From: an uncultured Lachnospiraceae bacterium
GTDB lineage: Bacteria > Bacillota > Clostridia > Eubacteriales > Eubacteriaceae
Assembly (NCBI GenBank): GCA_964545675.1
Contig: CAZJGM010000001.1
Location: forward strand, 2,575-66,574
Length of the DNA stretch: 64,000 nucleotides
Direction: 5' to 3'
In this document: piece by piece, positions 49,825 through 59,098 of the stretch
Numbering within the stretch: the stretch's first letter is position 1
Layout of the letters: each line of letters begins with the position of its first letter
Program-made: the position numbers and the translations under genes
The notes under the pieces: model-generated
Databases searched by the model: none
Seen by the model: only the letters and a program-made list of their open reading frames with translations
Told to the model about the DNA's origin: nothing

Positions 49825-50596
49825 GTCTTTGCTTAAAAAACCACGTTCAAAATACTTTTGGATTTTGATTATGCTAGTTGGCTGGGAACTAATTGCCCGC
49901 TTTTCAAGGGTGAGTCCCTTAGCCTTTCCCTCCTTAGAAGCCATTGGGGGCTCGCTTTTACAAGCGATAATGACTGGGGAAATTATTAATCAAATGTTAT
50001 TTTCCTTAGGCTTAATTCTTTTAGGAATTGCTATTGGCTTAGTCCTAGCAGTCTTACTGGCGTCGCTTTCGGTGGTCAGTCCCTTGGTTGAGAGTTTTGT
50101 TGATACCTGTGTCTCGATTTTTCATCCCCTACCGGGAATTGCCCTCCTGCCCTTGATCATTCTTTGGATTGGGACTGGCAGTAAAGCGATTTTATTTGTC
50201 ATCGTTCATTCGGTCTTATGGCCAATGATTTTAAATATGATTGCTGGTTTTAAAGCCATCCCCCTAATCTATAAAAAAGTTGCCCGTAATTATGAATTTA
50301 ACTTAATTGAAATTATTTTTAAAATTTATATACCAGCAGCCCTGCCCTATTTGCTTGCCGGTCTTAAAATTGGCTGGGCCAGAGCGTGGCGGGCGACAAT
50401 TAGTGCCGAAATGATCTTTGGGGCAACAGGCGGGATCGGGGGGATTGGTTGGTATATCTTTAATAAGCGAGTCTTTATGGATACGCCAGGAATTTTCGCC
50501 GGATTGGTAATGATTATTATCGTGGGAATTTTGGTTGAAGATTATATCTTTGCCAAGATTGAAAAGAATACCGTTAAAAAGTGGGGCCTATCATGA
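49814..50596 (+). CDS. NitT/TauT-family ABC transporter permease
   Basis: HPLPGIALLPL, IPAALPY, GWARAWRATISAEM. Confidence 0.88.
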   Translation: MKTRSLLKKPRSKYFWILIMLVGWELIARFSRVSPLAFPSLEAIGGSLLQAIMTGEIINQMLFSLGLILLGIAIGLVLAVLLASLSVVSPLVESFVDTCVSIFHPLPGIALLPLIILWIGTGSKAILFVIVHSVLWPMILNMIAGFKAIPLIYKKVARNYEFNLIEIIFKIYIPAALPYLLAGLKIGWARAWRATISAEMIFGATGGIGGIGWYIFNKRVFMDTPGIFAGLVMIIIVGILVEDYIFAKIEKNTVKKWGLS

Positions 50597-51309
50597 GTGA
50601 AATAATTACTATTTCTAATCTTTCAAAAGTCTATGAAAAGCGATCAATCCTTAAAAACATTGATCTCCAGATTGAAAAAGGCGAATTTATTTGCATCATT
50701 GGCCCATCAGGCTGTGGGAAAAGCACCTTGCTTAATTTAATTGGTGGTTTTTTAGAAAATGATGGGGGGTCAGTTAAGATTAAAGGCCAGGTCGTTGAAA
50801 AACCAAACCGCCAGTGTATTATGGTCTTTCAAGAATTTGATCAACTTTTCCCTTGGAAAACAGTTAAAAAAAATGTCGCTTTTCCCCTGCAAAAAAGTCA
50901 TCATGCCAATAATAAGAAAGACATTGAAGCCTTAGCCAGACATTATTTAAAAATGGTTAAGCTAGAGGAGTTTTTGGATTTTTATCCCCACCAGCTATCC
51001 GGGGGAATGAAGCAACGCTGTGCTATTGCTCGGGCTTTGGTGACAACGCCGGAGGTTTTATTAATGGATGAACCCTTTGGAAGCCTCGATATTCAGACAA
51101 AAAAGGAACAGCAAGACATCTTATTGGCCATTTGGAAAAAAACCCAGACGACGATTTTATTTGTGACTCACGATGTCAGAGAAGCCCTTAATCTGGCTGA
51201 CCGGATTATTATTCTCGGTGACGGTCAGCTTAAAAGCATTATTGATAACAAGGACAAAGACAAGTACGATCAAAAAATGACCCAGATTATTGGTTTTATG
51301 GCAAATTAG
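50593..51309 (+). CDS. NitT/TauT-family ABC transporter ATP-binding protein
   Basis: [43 protein letters not shown]. Confidence 0.9.
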   Translation: MSEIITISNLSKVYEKRSILKNIDLQIEKGEFICIIGPSGCGKSTLLNLIGGFLENDGGSVKIKGQVVEKPNRQCIMVFQEFDQLFPWKTVKKNVAFPLQKSHHANNKKDIEALARHYLKMVKLEEFLDFYPHQLSGGMKQRCAIARALVTTPEVLLMDEPFGSLDIQTKKEQQDILLAIWKKTQTTILFVTHDVREALNLADRIIILGDGQLKSIIDNKDKDKYDQKMTQIIGFMAN

Positions 51310-51310
51310 G

Positions 51311-52870
51311 CTATTTTACCTGATAAACAATAACCTGCCAGGGTTTTTGATCGATTAGGTCAGCCAGATTGGTCCCATAAGTTGAATTATTAAAGCGATC
51401 AACTTCCTGACATTCAGCCTTAAGAAAGGCCTTGATTTCTGGCAGGAGGTCATTTAAGTTGCCGTACATAACATTGTAGGAGGGACTATTAGCAACGATA
51501 TAATCGAATTCATCGTAGTAGAAGATATAATCAATTTCCCTAGAATGGATATAGTCAGCAAAAGTTAGCTCTTGGTATTGGAGATAGTCGAGGTTACGAT
51601 AAGCTAAAAGATTGCCATTTTCAAAGAAATACTCACTATTAAGATTAGCCAATACCCGGTCGTCCTTAGTGACCGACTTGGCGATGGCACCAAGATAGTC
51701 CTCGTAGCTATAGGCATAAGAGGGAATAAAAAAGATAGTGTTAAGGACAAGCATGAGAATTAAAAGGCTCAAGGCTTGTCTTTTTTTATTTAAATTTTGA
51801 AGCCATGAAACACTGAGTAAGTACATAAAGGGAAAAATAAAGATGATACTGGTGACATTAAAGCGACCAATAAGAAAGATGCCCAAATTAATCCCAAGAA
51901 CCAAGACCAGCAGGGCGTTTACCTTAGAAAACCCTGCTTTAGGTGTTTTTTTAAAGAAAGAAAGAAGGCTGACTAAAAAGACCAAGGCGAATAAGAGCAA
52001 TTGGAATTTAATTTGTGGTAGATAGTATTCAGAGCTGCGGCCCAGAAAAATATTTTTATAGAAATTTAAAAAGTCAGAGACTTTACTTAAGAATCCATTA
52101 AAGACTCCAAAATTTTTCCCATGCTCAAAATAATGAGAAAGATAAAATGGGTCCATAAATAGGCTAATTCCGACAAAAATAAGGGCAAAAAGAAAAATAA
52201 TAGCGATTAAAATAAAAAGATTTTTTGAATGAATGCTGTTTTTATGGATATAAAAGAGATAGACCAGTCCAATTGCTATGGCAATGATAAAACTGTTCGG
52301 ATGAACCCCGATAGAAAGGCCGATAATAAGACCAATTTTGATATCTTGGTAGTAATCATGATGATCAATCCCTTGGATTAACAAATAGCTTGAAAAAACA
52401 AGGGCAAATAAGATGATAATTTCCTGACGGGCCAAATGGCTGGCATAAAGGAATTGAAGATCGATTGAGACTAAAATCGTTGCAAACAAAGAAAGTTTAT
52501 CACTTTTCAAGATGATTTTAGACAAGCGATAGAAAAGGAATAAGGTGGCAAGGGAAAAAAATAAGGATAATAAACGAAAAGAAAAAATACGGTAACCAAA
52601 AATTTTAATAAAAACGACTTGAAGAAGATGGAATAATAATTTAATGGCATGGGGGTTGCGGCCATAGACATCAAAAAAAGGTTCGGTCACGCTAATATCG
52701 CCAGACATTAAGATGTTTCGTGATAAGCCACTCAGCCAGGATTCATCAGAGTGGATATAGGGGAAAGCAGTAAGAAAAATAAGGTTGATTAAAAAGTAAA
52801 AACTAAGATAAAGAATAATCTGATTTTGGGGGTGGGTGATTTTTTTTATAAAGGTCATAAAAGGCTCCAT
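51311..52870 (-). CDS. GT-C fold membrane glycosyltransferase (ArnT/PMT-like, GT83/GT39 type)
   Basis: HSDE motif after first TM, FRLLSL, SHLARQE, VHPN, many TM helices and a C-terminal soluble domain. Confidence 0.75.
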   Translation of the reverse strand: MEPFMTFIKKITHPQNQIILYLSFYFLINLIFLTAFPYIHSDESWLSGLSRNILMSGDISVTEPFFDVYGRNPHAIKLLFHLLQVVFIKIFGYRIFSFRLLSLFFSLATLFLFYRLSKIILKSDKLSLFATILVSIDLQFLYASHLARQEIIILFALVFSSYLLIQGIDHHDYYQDIKIGLIIGLSIGVHPNSFIIAIAIGLVYLFYIHKNSIHSKNLFILIAIIFLFALIFVGISLFMDPFYLSHYFEHGKNFGVFNGFLSKVSDFLNFYKNIFLGRSSEYYLPQIKFQLLLFALVFLVSLLSFFKKTPKAGFSKVNALLVLVLGINLGIFLIGRFNVTSIIFIFPFMYLLSVSWLQNLNKKRQALSLLILMLVLNTIFFIPSYAYSYEDYLGAIAKSVTKDDRVLANLNSEYFFENGNLLAYRNLDYLQYQELTFADYIHSREIDYIFYYDEFDYIVANSPSYNVMYGNLNDLLPEIKAFLKAECQEVDRFNNSTYGTNLADLIDQKPWQVIVYQVK

Positions 52871-52930
52871 TAGATAATTATTATAATCGAGTATACCATA
52901 AGCAAGAGCGACTTTATTAAAAATTTGGCT

Positions 52931-52993
52931 ATTAGAATTTATAATACAGGATAATAAAGTTTAAGAACAAGCTTTAGAATTGTCTGTTATAAT
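52931..52993 (+). promoter_or_regulatory. Putative LysR-activated promoter of rhodanese-yeeE-cdr operon
   Basis: Dyad ATTA-N7-TAAT (T-N11-A) at 52931-52945, related ATAA-N7-TAAG at 52951-52965, extended -10 TGtTATAAT at 52985-52993, no consensus -35. Confidence 0.5.
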
Positions 52994-53031
52994 GTTGTTA
53001 AATAAATAATTAACAAACGGAGGAAAAGAAA

Positions 53032-53991
53032 ATGTTAAAGAAAACACGTCTATTGGTATTGTTGGCTGTTTTATTATCGGTAGTGACCCTAAGTGCCTGC
53101 AACACAGGGACGACAGAGCCTACTGATGGGGCAGAAGAAGTACCAGAAACAGAACAAGGCACAGAAAGCTCAGCAGTAGAAGATGCAGCTAATGATTATT
53201 TTGCAAATATGAACGAAGATATTTACAAAATTAATCAAAAAGATTTTATCGATAAGGTAAAGGCTGGCGAAGAAATGACAATTCTTGATATCAGAAGTGC
53301 TGATTCCTACGCCGAAGGACATATTAAAGGAGCAGTTAGTCTACCATGGGGACCCGATCTTGGCAAAAGCCTAAGCAGTATCCCCGACGATAAGCCAGTA
53401 ATGCTTTATTGTGTGACTGGACAAACAGCCGGTCAAACGGTTGCCCTTTTAAGTATGGCAGGCTTTGATGCAAAATCAGTTAACCTCGGTTGGGACCTTG
53501 GTATTAAAAAAGTTGAAGGTGTCGAAGAAGTCATTACGACTGAAGTTACTGAATTTGATCCAGCGACAATGACAGAAATCGATCCTGACCTTGAAGCAGC
53601 AATTATTGACTACTATGCTGGTCTTAAAGATGTCGCTGATACCGTTTATAAAAATTATAAAATTAGCGAAGAAGATGCTAAAGCAGCCCTCGATGCTAAG
53701 GATGAGTCAGTGGTCTTCTTAGATGTTAGAAAACCAGATGACTTTGCCGCCGGTCATATTGAAGGAGCTGTTAATATTCCCTTTGGAAAAGGTATGCAAG
53801 AAGAGTTTTCTAGCTTGCCAATGGATAAAACGATTATCGTTTACTGCTACACCGGTCAAACGGCTGGTCAAACAGTAGCAGGCCTAAGAATGCTTGGCTA
53901 TGATGCCGTTTCTCTTAACTCAGGAACTGGCATGGATGCAACTGGAACAGCGGGTTGGGTTAATTTAGGCTACCCCTTAGTAACCGAATAA
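53032..53991 (+). CDS. Tandem rhodanese-domain lipoprotein
   Basis: Lipobox LSAC; two repeats with LDIR..GHIKGA..YCVTGQTAGQ and LDVR..GHIEGA..YCYTGQTAGQ; GGAGG SD. Confidence 0.9.
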   Translation: MLKKTRLLVLLAVLLSVVTLSACNTGTTEPTDGAEEVPETEQGTESSAVEDAANDYFANMNEDIYKINQKDFIDKVKAGEEMTILDIRSADSYAEGHIKGAVSLPWGPDLGKSLSSIPDDKPVMLYCVTGQTAGQTVALLSMAGFDAKSVNLGWDLGIKKVEGVEEVITTEVTEFDPATMTEIDPDLEAAIIDYYAGLKDVADTVYKNYKISEEDAKAALDAKDESVVFLDVRKPDDFAAGHIEGAVNIPFGKGMQEEFSSLPMDKTIIVYCYTGQTAGQTVAGLRMLGYDAVSLNSGTGMDATGTAGWVNLGYPLVTE

Positions 53992-54023
53992 TTATTAGGC
54001 ATGCAGAAGTAATTGGATGATTA

Positions 54024-54057
54024 AAGAAAGTGACATTTTATAAAATGTCACTTTCTT
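54024..54057. terminator. Perfect 34-bp palindrome between rhodanese and yeeE (terminator, stabiliser or operator)
   Basis: AAGAAAGTGACATTTTA|TAAAATGTCACTTTCTT. Confidence 0.6.
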
Positions 54058-54092
54058 GTGAGTTTAAATTAAACTTTTAAAAGGAGAAAAGG

Positions 54093-55349
54093 ATGGATTT
54101 GACAAAAAGCCAAAAGATTCAACCACTTATCGGCTTAGGTCTTTTAGTTGCCATTGCGGTATTTGCAGCCTATAAAAGTATGCTTGACCAAGAATTGGCC
54201 TTATTTTTAATAACTGGTTTGGCACTGGGCTATATTCTAACCCGGGCACGATTTGGCTTTGCCGGTGGTGTCAAGCGGATTTATATAACCGGTGAAGGAA
54301 GCCTGAGTACAGCACTTCTGGTTATGTTTGCGATTTCAATGGTTATGGCAGCCGGGATTCAATGGGCGGCGGCTAGAAATGGAATGGATTTACCGGGGCT
54401 TAGCTCCGTCAAGTTTTTAAATATTACGGTGATGATTGGCGGTTTTATCTTTGGTATCGGGATGATGCTTGCGGGTGGTTGTGCCTCGGGAACCTTAAGT
54501 GACTTAGGCGAAGGAGAAGGCCATGCCTTAATTGGCATTACGACCTTTATCCTCGGATCCCTCCCTGGTATTGTCGTTCAGGATGCCCTTAATCAAACAG
54601 CGATTGGGAAAATTGGTATTCAATTATATTTACCCGATGTCTTTGGTTATGTCGGATCATTGGCTATTTCATTTCTGCTTCTTTTTATTTTATATATTAT
54701 CGTTCGCAAGTATGAAGATTTCCGGAGAAAAGAAGGCTTTTATCAAGAAGTCGTCTATGAAGACCACGAATTACCAAGAGGCAAAAATAAAGATTTTAAA
54801 TTGTTTTCTTATGACACCTTTCACCGCTTATTTGTCCAACGATGGAGTTTTATGGTCGGTGGGATTCTCCTAGCCATTGCCTTTGCCTTTATTTTGATTA
54901 CAACTGGCCATAGCTGGGGTGTAACCGGACCCTTTGCCAGCTGGGGGATTGCCTTCTTACAAATGTTTGGCTTTGACTTTACGGCACCGGTTTTTGAACC
55001 CTATGTATGGACAGCTAACAATGGTATTCTGAATGATGCTGGGTCATTACGAAACTTTGGTATTGTTTTTGGGGCGATGATTGCTTTTCTTTTTGCCGGA
55101 CGCTTATCAACCAAGTTTAATTTTACACTCCGAAATGTGTCATACTATCTTATTGGTGGATTTCTAATGGGTTTTGGGGCACGTCTAGGTGGTGGTTGTA
55201 ATATTGGGGCATTGTTCTCAGGTATCGGTAACTTTTCAATATCAGGTTGGGGTTTCTTTATCGCCATAACCCTTGGCGGGATTGTCGGCTTGAAGTTATT
55301 TGCCGGTAAGGTGGATATTATCCCTCCCGATCGTCATTCAAAAGGGTAA
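54093..55349 (+). CDS. YeeE/YedE family sulfur transporter, full length
   Basis: TRARFGFAGG, GGFIFGIGMMLAGGCASG, SWGVTG, GGFLMGFGARLGGGCNIG. Confidence 0.9.
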   Translation: MDLTKSQKIQPLIGLGLLVAIAVFAAYKSMLDQELALFLITGLALGYILTRARFGFAGGVKRIYITGEGSLSTALLVMFAISMVMAAGIQWAAARNGMDLPGLSSVKFLNITVMIGGFIFGIGMMLAGGCASGTLSDLGEGEGHALIGITTFILGSLPGIVVQDALNQTAIGKIGIQLYLPDVFGYVGSLAISFLLLFILYIIVRKYEDFRRKEGFYQEVVYEDHELPRGKNKDFKLFSYDTFHRLFVQRWSFMVGGILLAIAFAFILITTGHSWGVTGPFASWGIAFLQMFGFDFTAPVFEPYVWTANNGILNDAGSLRNFGIVFGAMIAFLFAGRLSTKFNFTLRNVSYYLIGGFLMGFGARLGGGCNIGALFSGIGNFSISGWGFFIAITLGGIVGLKLFAGKVDIIPPDRHSKG

Positions 55350-55402
55350 AGGATTTTTAAAACGTTAATAAAATGATAGAAAATAAATCAAAGGAGAGAA
55401 TA

Positions 55403-57100
55403 ATGGGAAGAAAAGTATTAATAATTGGTGGTGTTGCAGGTGGTGCGTCTGTTGCGGCTAGGCTTCGACGCTTAGACGAATCAGCTCGGATTATCATGTT
55501 TGAAAAAGGGCCGGATGTTTCTTTTTCAAACTGCTGCTTACCCAATCATTTAAGCGGCATGATTGCCGAGAGTGAAGACCTGATCTTAATGGGACCACCG
55601 AGTTTTAAAGACCAATATAATATTGAAGCACGGGTCAATAATGAGGTTTTAGCCATTAATTCCGACGAGAAAACAATTGAAGTCCGCAATTTAATAACGG
55701 GCGAAGAATATATCGAATCTTATGATATCTTAGTCCTTTCACCAGGGGCAACACCAATTGTGCCACAAATAGAAGGCTATGACCGACCCAATGTCTTTAC
55801 CATTAAAAATGTTGTTGATATCGATCGGTTAAATCGTTTTATTCAAAACGGGGTGAAGGACATTGTTGTCGTAGGCGGTGGCTTTATCGGGGTTGAAGTG
55901 GCTGAAAACCTAGTCCTGGCCAATAAAGGCTTTAAAGTAACCTTGATCGAAATGAGTGATCAAATTATGCGGACCTTTGACTATGATATGGCTCAAATTC
56001 TCCATAAGGAAATGATGGACAAGGGTGTTGATGTTATAGTAGGTGACGGCATTGCCAAGGTTGGCGATGGTTACGTCGAAGTGGCTTCTGGCAAACGAAT
56101 CAATGCTCAAGCTGTCGTTATGGCCATTGGTGTCCGCCCAGGAACCCAACTCGCAAAAAAAGCCGATTTAAAAATTGGCGAAACGGGTGGAATTTTAGTT
56201 AATCATAATTATGAGACCAGTAAAAAAGATATTTACGCCGTTGGTGATGCTATTGAAGTCTTTAATCAATTAACCCGGTCTAAAATTCGTTTGGCCTTAG
56301 CTGGCCCGGCCCAAAGACAAGCCAGAGCAGCAGCTGGTCATATGTGTGGGATCCCCCATCGCAATACCGGCGTTATCGGGTCATCAGCCATAAAAGTCTT
56401 TGATATGAATGCAGCCTCAACCGGTTTAACCGAAAGGGAGGCCGAGAAAGATGGGATCCCTCACGATTCTGTTTACATTATCCCCGGTGATTATGTCGGG
56501 ATTATGCCGGGAAGTAGTCCGATCTTCTTAAAACTCGTTTTTGAAGAACCAACCGGACGAATCCTTGGAGCCCAAGCTATTAGTAAGGGAGATTCTGTTA
56601 AACGAATCGATGTCTTAGCAACCATGGTTATGTTAGGTGGAACCCTTGAGGATTTAAAAGAATTAGAACTTTGCTATGCACCAGCCTTTTCTACTGCCAA
56701 AGACCCGGTTAACTTTGCCGCTCTTGTTGGTTTAAATATTCTTAACCGAGAATATAAACAGGTTCCGGTGACCATGGTCCGTGAATTGGTGGAAAATGAT
56801 GCCTTTATCATCGATGCCCGTGAACCCCATGAGTATGAAAAATCGCACCTGCTCAATTCTGTTAATATTCCACTTAGCGAATTTAGGGACCGTCTTGATG
56901 AAATTCCCAAAGACCAACCGGTTTATATCCATTGCCGAAGCGGCCAGCGCAGTTACAATATGGTCCGGGCACTGGGCCAATTAGGTTTTGATAATATTTA
57001 TAATATTTCTGGATCATTCCTAGGGGTGTGTTATTATGAGTATTTCAATGATCAAACGACGGATCGAAAAGCAATTGTTACCGATTATAATTTTGAATAA
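55403..57100 (+). CDS. CoA-disulfide/persulfide reductase with C-terminal rhodanese domain (CoADR-RHD / Npsr-like)
   Basis: IIGGVAGGAS, redox motif SFSNCCLP, VVGGGFIGVE, YAVGD, LELCYAP, rhodanese loop HCRSGQRS; AAGGAG SD before ATG 55403. Confidence 0.88.
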   Translation: MGRKVLIIGGVAGGASVAARLRRLDESARIIMFEKGPDVSFSNCCLPNHLSGMIAESEDLILMGPPSFKDQYNIEARVNNEVLAINSDEKTIEVRNLITGEEYIESYDILVLSPGATPIVPQIEGYDRPNVFTIKNVVDIDRLNRFIQNGVKDIVVVGGGFIGVEVAENLVLANKGFKVTLIEMSDQIMRTFDYDMAQILHKEMMDKGVDVIVGDGIAKVGDGYVEVASGKRINAQAVVMAIGVRPGTQLAKKADLKIGETGGILVNHNYETSKKDIYAVGDAIEVFNQLTRSKIRLALAGPAQRQARAAAGHMCGIPHRNTGVIGSSAIKVFDMNAASTGLTEREAEKDGIPHDSVYIIPGDYVGIMPGSSPIFLKLVFEEPTGRILGAQAISKGDSVKRIDVLATMVMLGGTLEDLKELELCYAPAFSTAKDPVNFAALVGLNILNREYKQVPVTMVRELVENDAFIIDAREPHEYEKSHLLNSVNIPLSEFRDRLDEIPKDQPVYIHCRSGQRSYNMVRALGQLGFDNIYNISGSFLGVCYYEYFNDQTTDRKAIVTDYNFE

Positions 57101-57121
57101 AGAAAAAGTATAAGTAGTAAT

Positions 57122-57187
57122 AGAGAGGGGGGCGCAGATAAAGAGAATCGATAATGATCGATGTCCTTTTTATCTAGCCTCTCTTTT
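57122..57187 (+). terminator. Long imperfect hairpin after CoADR-RHD gene
   Basis: AGAGAGG/CCTCTCT outer stem, AGATAAA/TTTATCT middle stem, ATCGAT-aatg-ATCGAT apex, followed by T-tract. Confidence 0.55.
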
Positions 57188-57207
57188 GACCGTTAATAAA
57201 CATTTAA

Positions 57208-57236
57208 TTGAAGAGTGATCTTCTCCATGATAAGAT
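57208..57236 (+). promoter_or_regulatory. Putative sigma-A promoter of tau-like ABC operon
   Basis: TTGAAG-N17-TAAGAT with TGn extension. Confidence 0.5.
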
Positions 57237-57251
57237 AGAGAAAAAGGAGCA

Positions 57252-58043
57252 TTGATGCTAGCAGATAAGAAAAAAAATAGTTTAAATAATCGAATATTGA
57301 CCATTGGCACATGGAGTGGGATTATTTTACTATGGTTTATTATTACTAAGTTTGAGATTGTCTCACCATTGATTGTTCCCTCGCCTTTAATGGTTTATCA
57401 AACCTTTGTAAGTATTCTTCAAAATGGCTACAATGGGCTAAGCCTATGGTCACATCTTGGCATTAGTTTTTACCGCTTGATCGTGGCTTCACTATTGGCG
57501 ATTATTACGGCAATTCCCCTTGGCTTATTAAGTGGCTACTTTGAAAAAGTACGAGCCATCGTTGATTCAATTGTCCAATTTTACCGGCCCCTACCCCCAC
57601 TTGCTTATTACGTTGTCCTTATTTTATGGCTAGGCATTGATGAATCCTCTAAAATTACCCTCCTTTATTTAGCAGCCTTTGCCCCGATTTATGTTTCTTG
57701 CGTATCGGCGGTCAATAATATTAACCAGGATTATATCCTTAGTGCAAAATCATTGGGGGCTGACCAACGGGAGGTTTTTTTAAACATTGTTATGCCAGCC
57801 TGTCTGCCGGATATTTTTACCAGCATCCGAACGGCTATTGGGATTGCCTATACAACCTTGGTGTCAGCTGAAATGGTCGCAGCCTCATCGGGCATTGGCT
57901 GGATGGTCATTGACGCATCGCGCTATTTAAAAAGTAGCGTGATCTTTGTCGGTATTATTGTGATGGGCATTACCGGTGTATTGATTGACTTAAGTTTACG
58001 AATGATGGAAAATAAAATTGTATTTTGGAAAGGATACCAATAG
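57252..58043 (+). CDS. tauC: Taurine/sulfonate-type ABC transporter permease (TauC-like)
   Basis: FYRPLPPLAYY..LILWLGIDESSKI.LLYLAAFAP, TTLVSAEMVAASSGIGWM. Confidence 0.8.
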   Translation: MMLADKKKNSLNNRILTIGTWSGIILLWFIITKFEIVSPLIVPSPLMVYQTFVSILQNGYNGLSLWSHLGISFYRLIVASLLAIITAIPLGLLSGYFEKVRAIVDSIVQFYRPLPPLAYYVVLILWLGIDESSKITLLYLAAFAPIYVSCVSAVNNINQDYILSAKSLGADQREVFLNIVMPACLPDIFTSIRTAIGIAYTTLVSAEMVAASSGIGWMVIDASRYLKSSVIFVGIIVMGITGVLIDLSLRMMENKIVFWKGYQ

Positions 58044-58051
58044 GTGACAAG

Positions 58052-59098
58052 ATGAATAAAATAATCAAGAAAATAATTCTGGCAGTGGTCATGGTCTTAC
58101 TGCTAAGCCCCTTAGTCGGCTGTCAAAGCGAAAAAGCAGATGGTGATTTTGATGGTGATTTACCCCAAGTAATAAATATTGGCTATTTACGGGTCCCCAA
58201 TGATGAAATGGTCGCTAAGACAATGGGAATATTTGATGATTACTTTAGCAAAAAAGGAATAGAATGTAATTTTGTTGTTTTTGATTCTGGAGTTGATGCC
58301 AATAAGGCCTTGGCCTCAAATTCTATCGACTTTGCCACCATGGGTAATACTAACGGAATTATAGCCTTTTCCCGTGGCTTAGATGTTGAGCTGATCTGGA
58401 TTCACGAGGTCCTTGGTCAGATTGAGGGCCTAGCCGTTAAAAACGGTTCAAACATTAATAGTGCCGAGGATTTAAGGGGAAAAAGAATAGCCACGCCCTT
58501 TGCCAGCACTTCTCATTATAGCCTTCTTAATTATTTAAAAAATGCGGGGATTGAAGAGGATGTCGAGCTTCTCGATATGCTTACAGCCGATATTGTCGCA
58601 GCTTGGGAGCGAGGCGATATTGAAGCAGCCTATACCTGGCAGCCAACCCTCGGCCAATTGTTAGAAAATGGCAGAACCCTTGTCAATTCCGAGGAGATGG
58701 CTAAAAAAGGCAACCTAACGGCCAATGTATGTTTGGTTCGTAAAGGCTTTTCAAAGGACTATCCAGAAGTGGTTGCCGATTTTATAAGGGTCTTAAGTGA
58801 AGGTGGCGATGCCTACCGAAATAATCCTCAGGAAAGTGCCCAAGCCGTTGCCAAAGAACTGGAGATTACTAAAGAAGAGGCCTTGATCCAGATGGAAGGG
58901 TCAAGATGGCTGACACCTAAAGAGATGGTCTCAAGTGACTTTATGGGAAGCTCAACTCAGGCCGGGGCCTTTTCCAATGTGATGAAAGACACCGCTGATT
59001 TTTTAGCAGGCGAAAAGTCAATTGATTTTGTTCCGACCCAAGAAGAGTTTGATGCCTTTATTAATCCCACCTACATTGAAATGACACTGGAAAATTGA
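58052..59098 (+). CDS. tauA: Taurine/sulfonate-type ABC transporter substrate-binding lipoprotein (TauA-like)
   Basis: Lipobox LVGC; FDSGVD, GKRIATPFASTSHYSL, IVAAWERGDIEAAYTWQP resemble TauA motifs. Confidence 0.78.
   Translation: MNKIIKKIILAVVMVLLLSPLVGCQSEKADGDFDGDLPQVINIGYLRVPNDEMVAKTMGIFDDYFSKKGIECNFVVFDSGVDANKALASNSIDFATMGNTNGIIAFSRGLDVELIWIHEVLGQIEGLAVKNGSNINSAEDLRGKRIATPFASTSHYSLLNYLKNAGIEEDVELLDMLTADIVAAWERGDIEAAYTWQPTLGQLLENGRTLVNSEEMAKKGNLTANVCLVRKGFSKDYPEVVADFIRVLSEGGDAYRNNPQESAQAVAKELEITKEEALIQMEGSRWLTPKEMVSSDFMGSSTQAGAFSNVMKDTADFLAGEKSIDFVPTQEEFDAFINPTYIEMTLEN

Noticed and set aside
44455..57100. Selenoproteins (UGA read-through) among YeeE, TusA, rhodanese and CoADR
   Set aside because: All catalytic positions are Cys codons and the ORFs are full length; no in-frame TGA at a conserved Cys position
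57101..57251. SAM (S-box) or T-box riboswitch upstream of tauC
   Set aside because: No S-box core or T-box motif recognisable; the region is explained by a terminator-like hairpin plus a promoter close to the start codon
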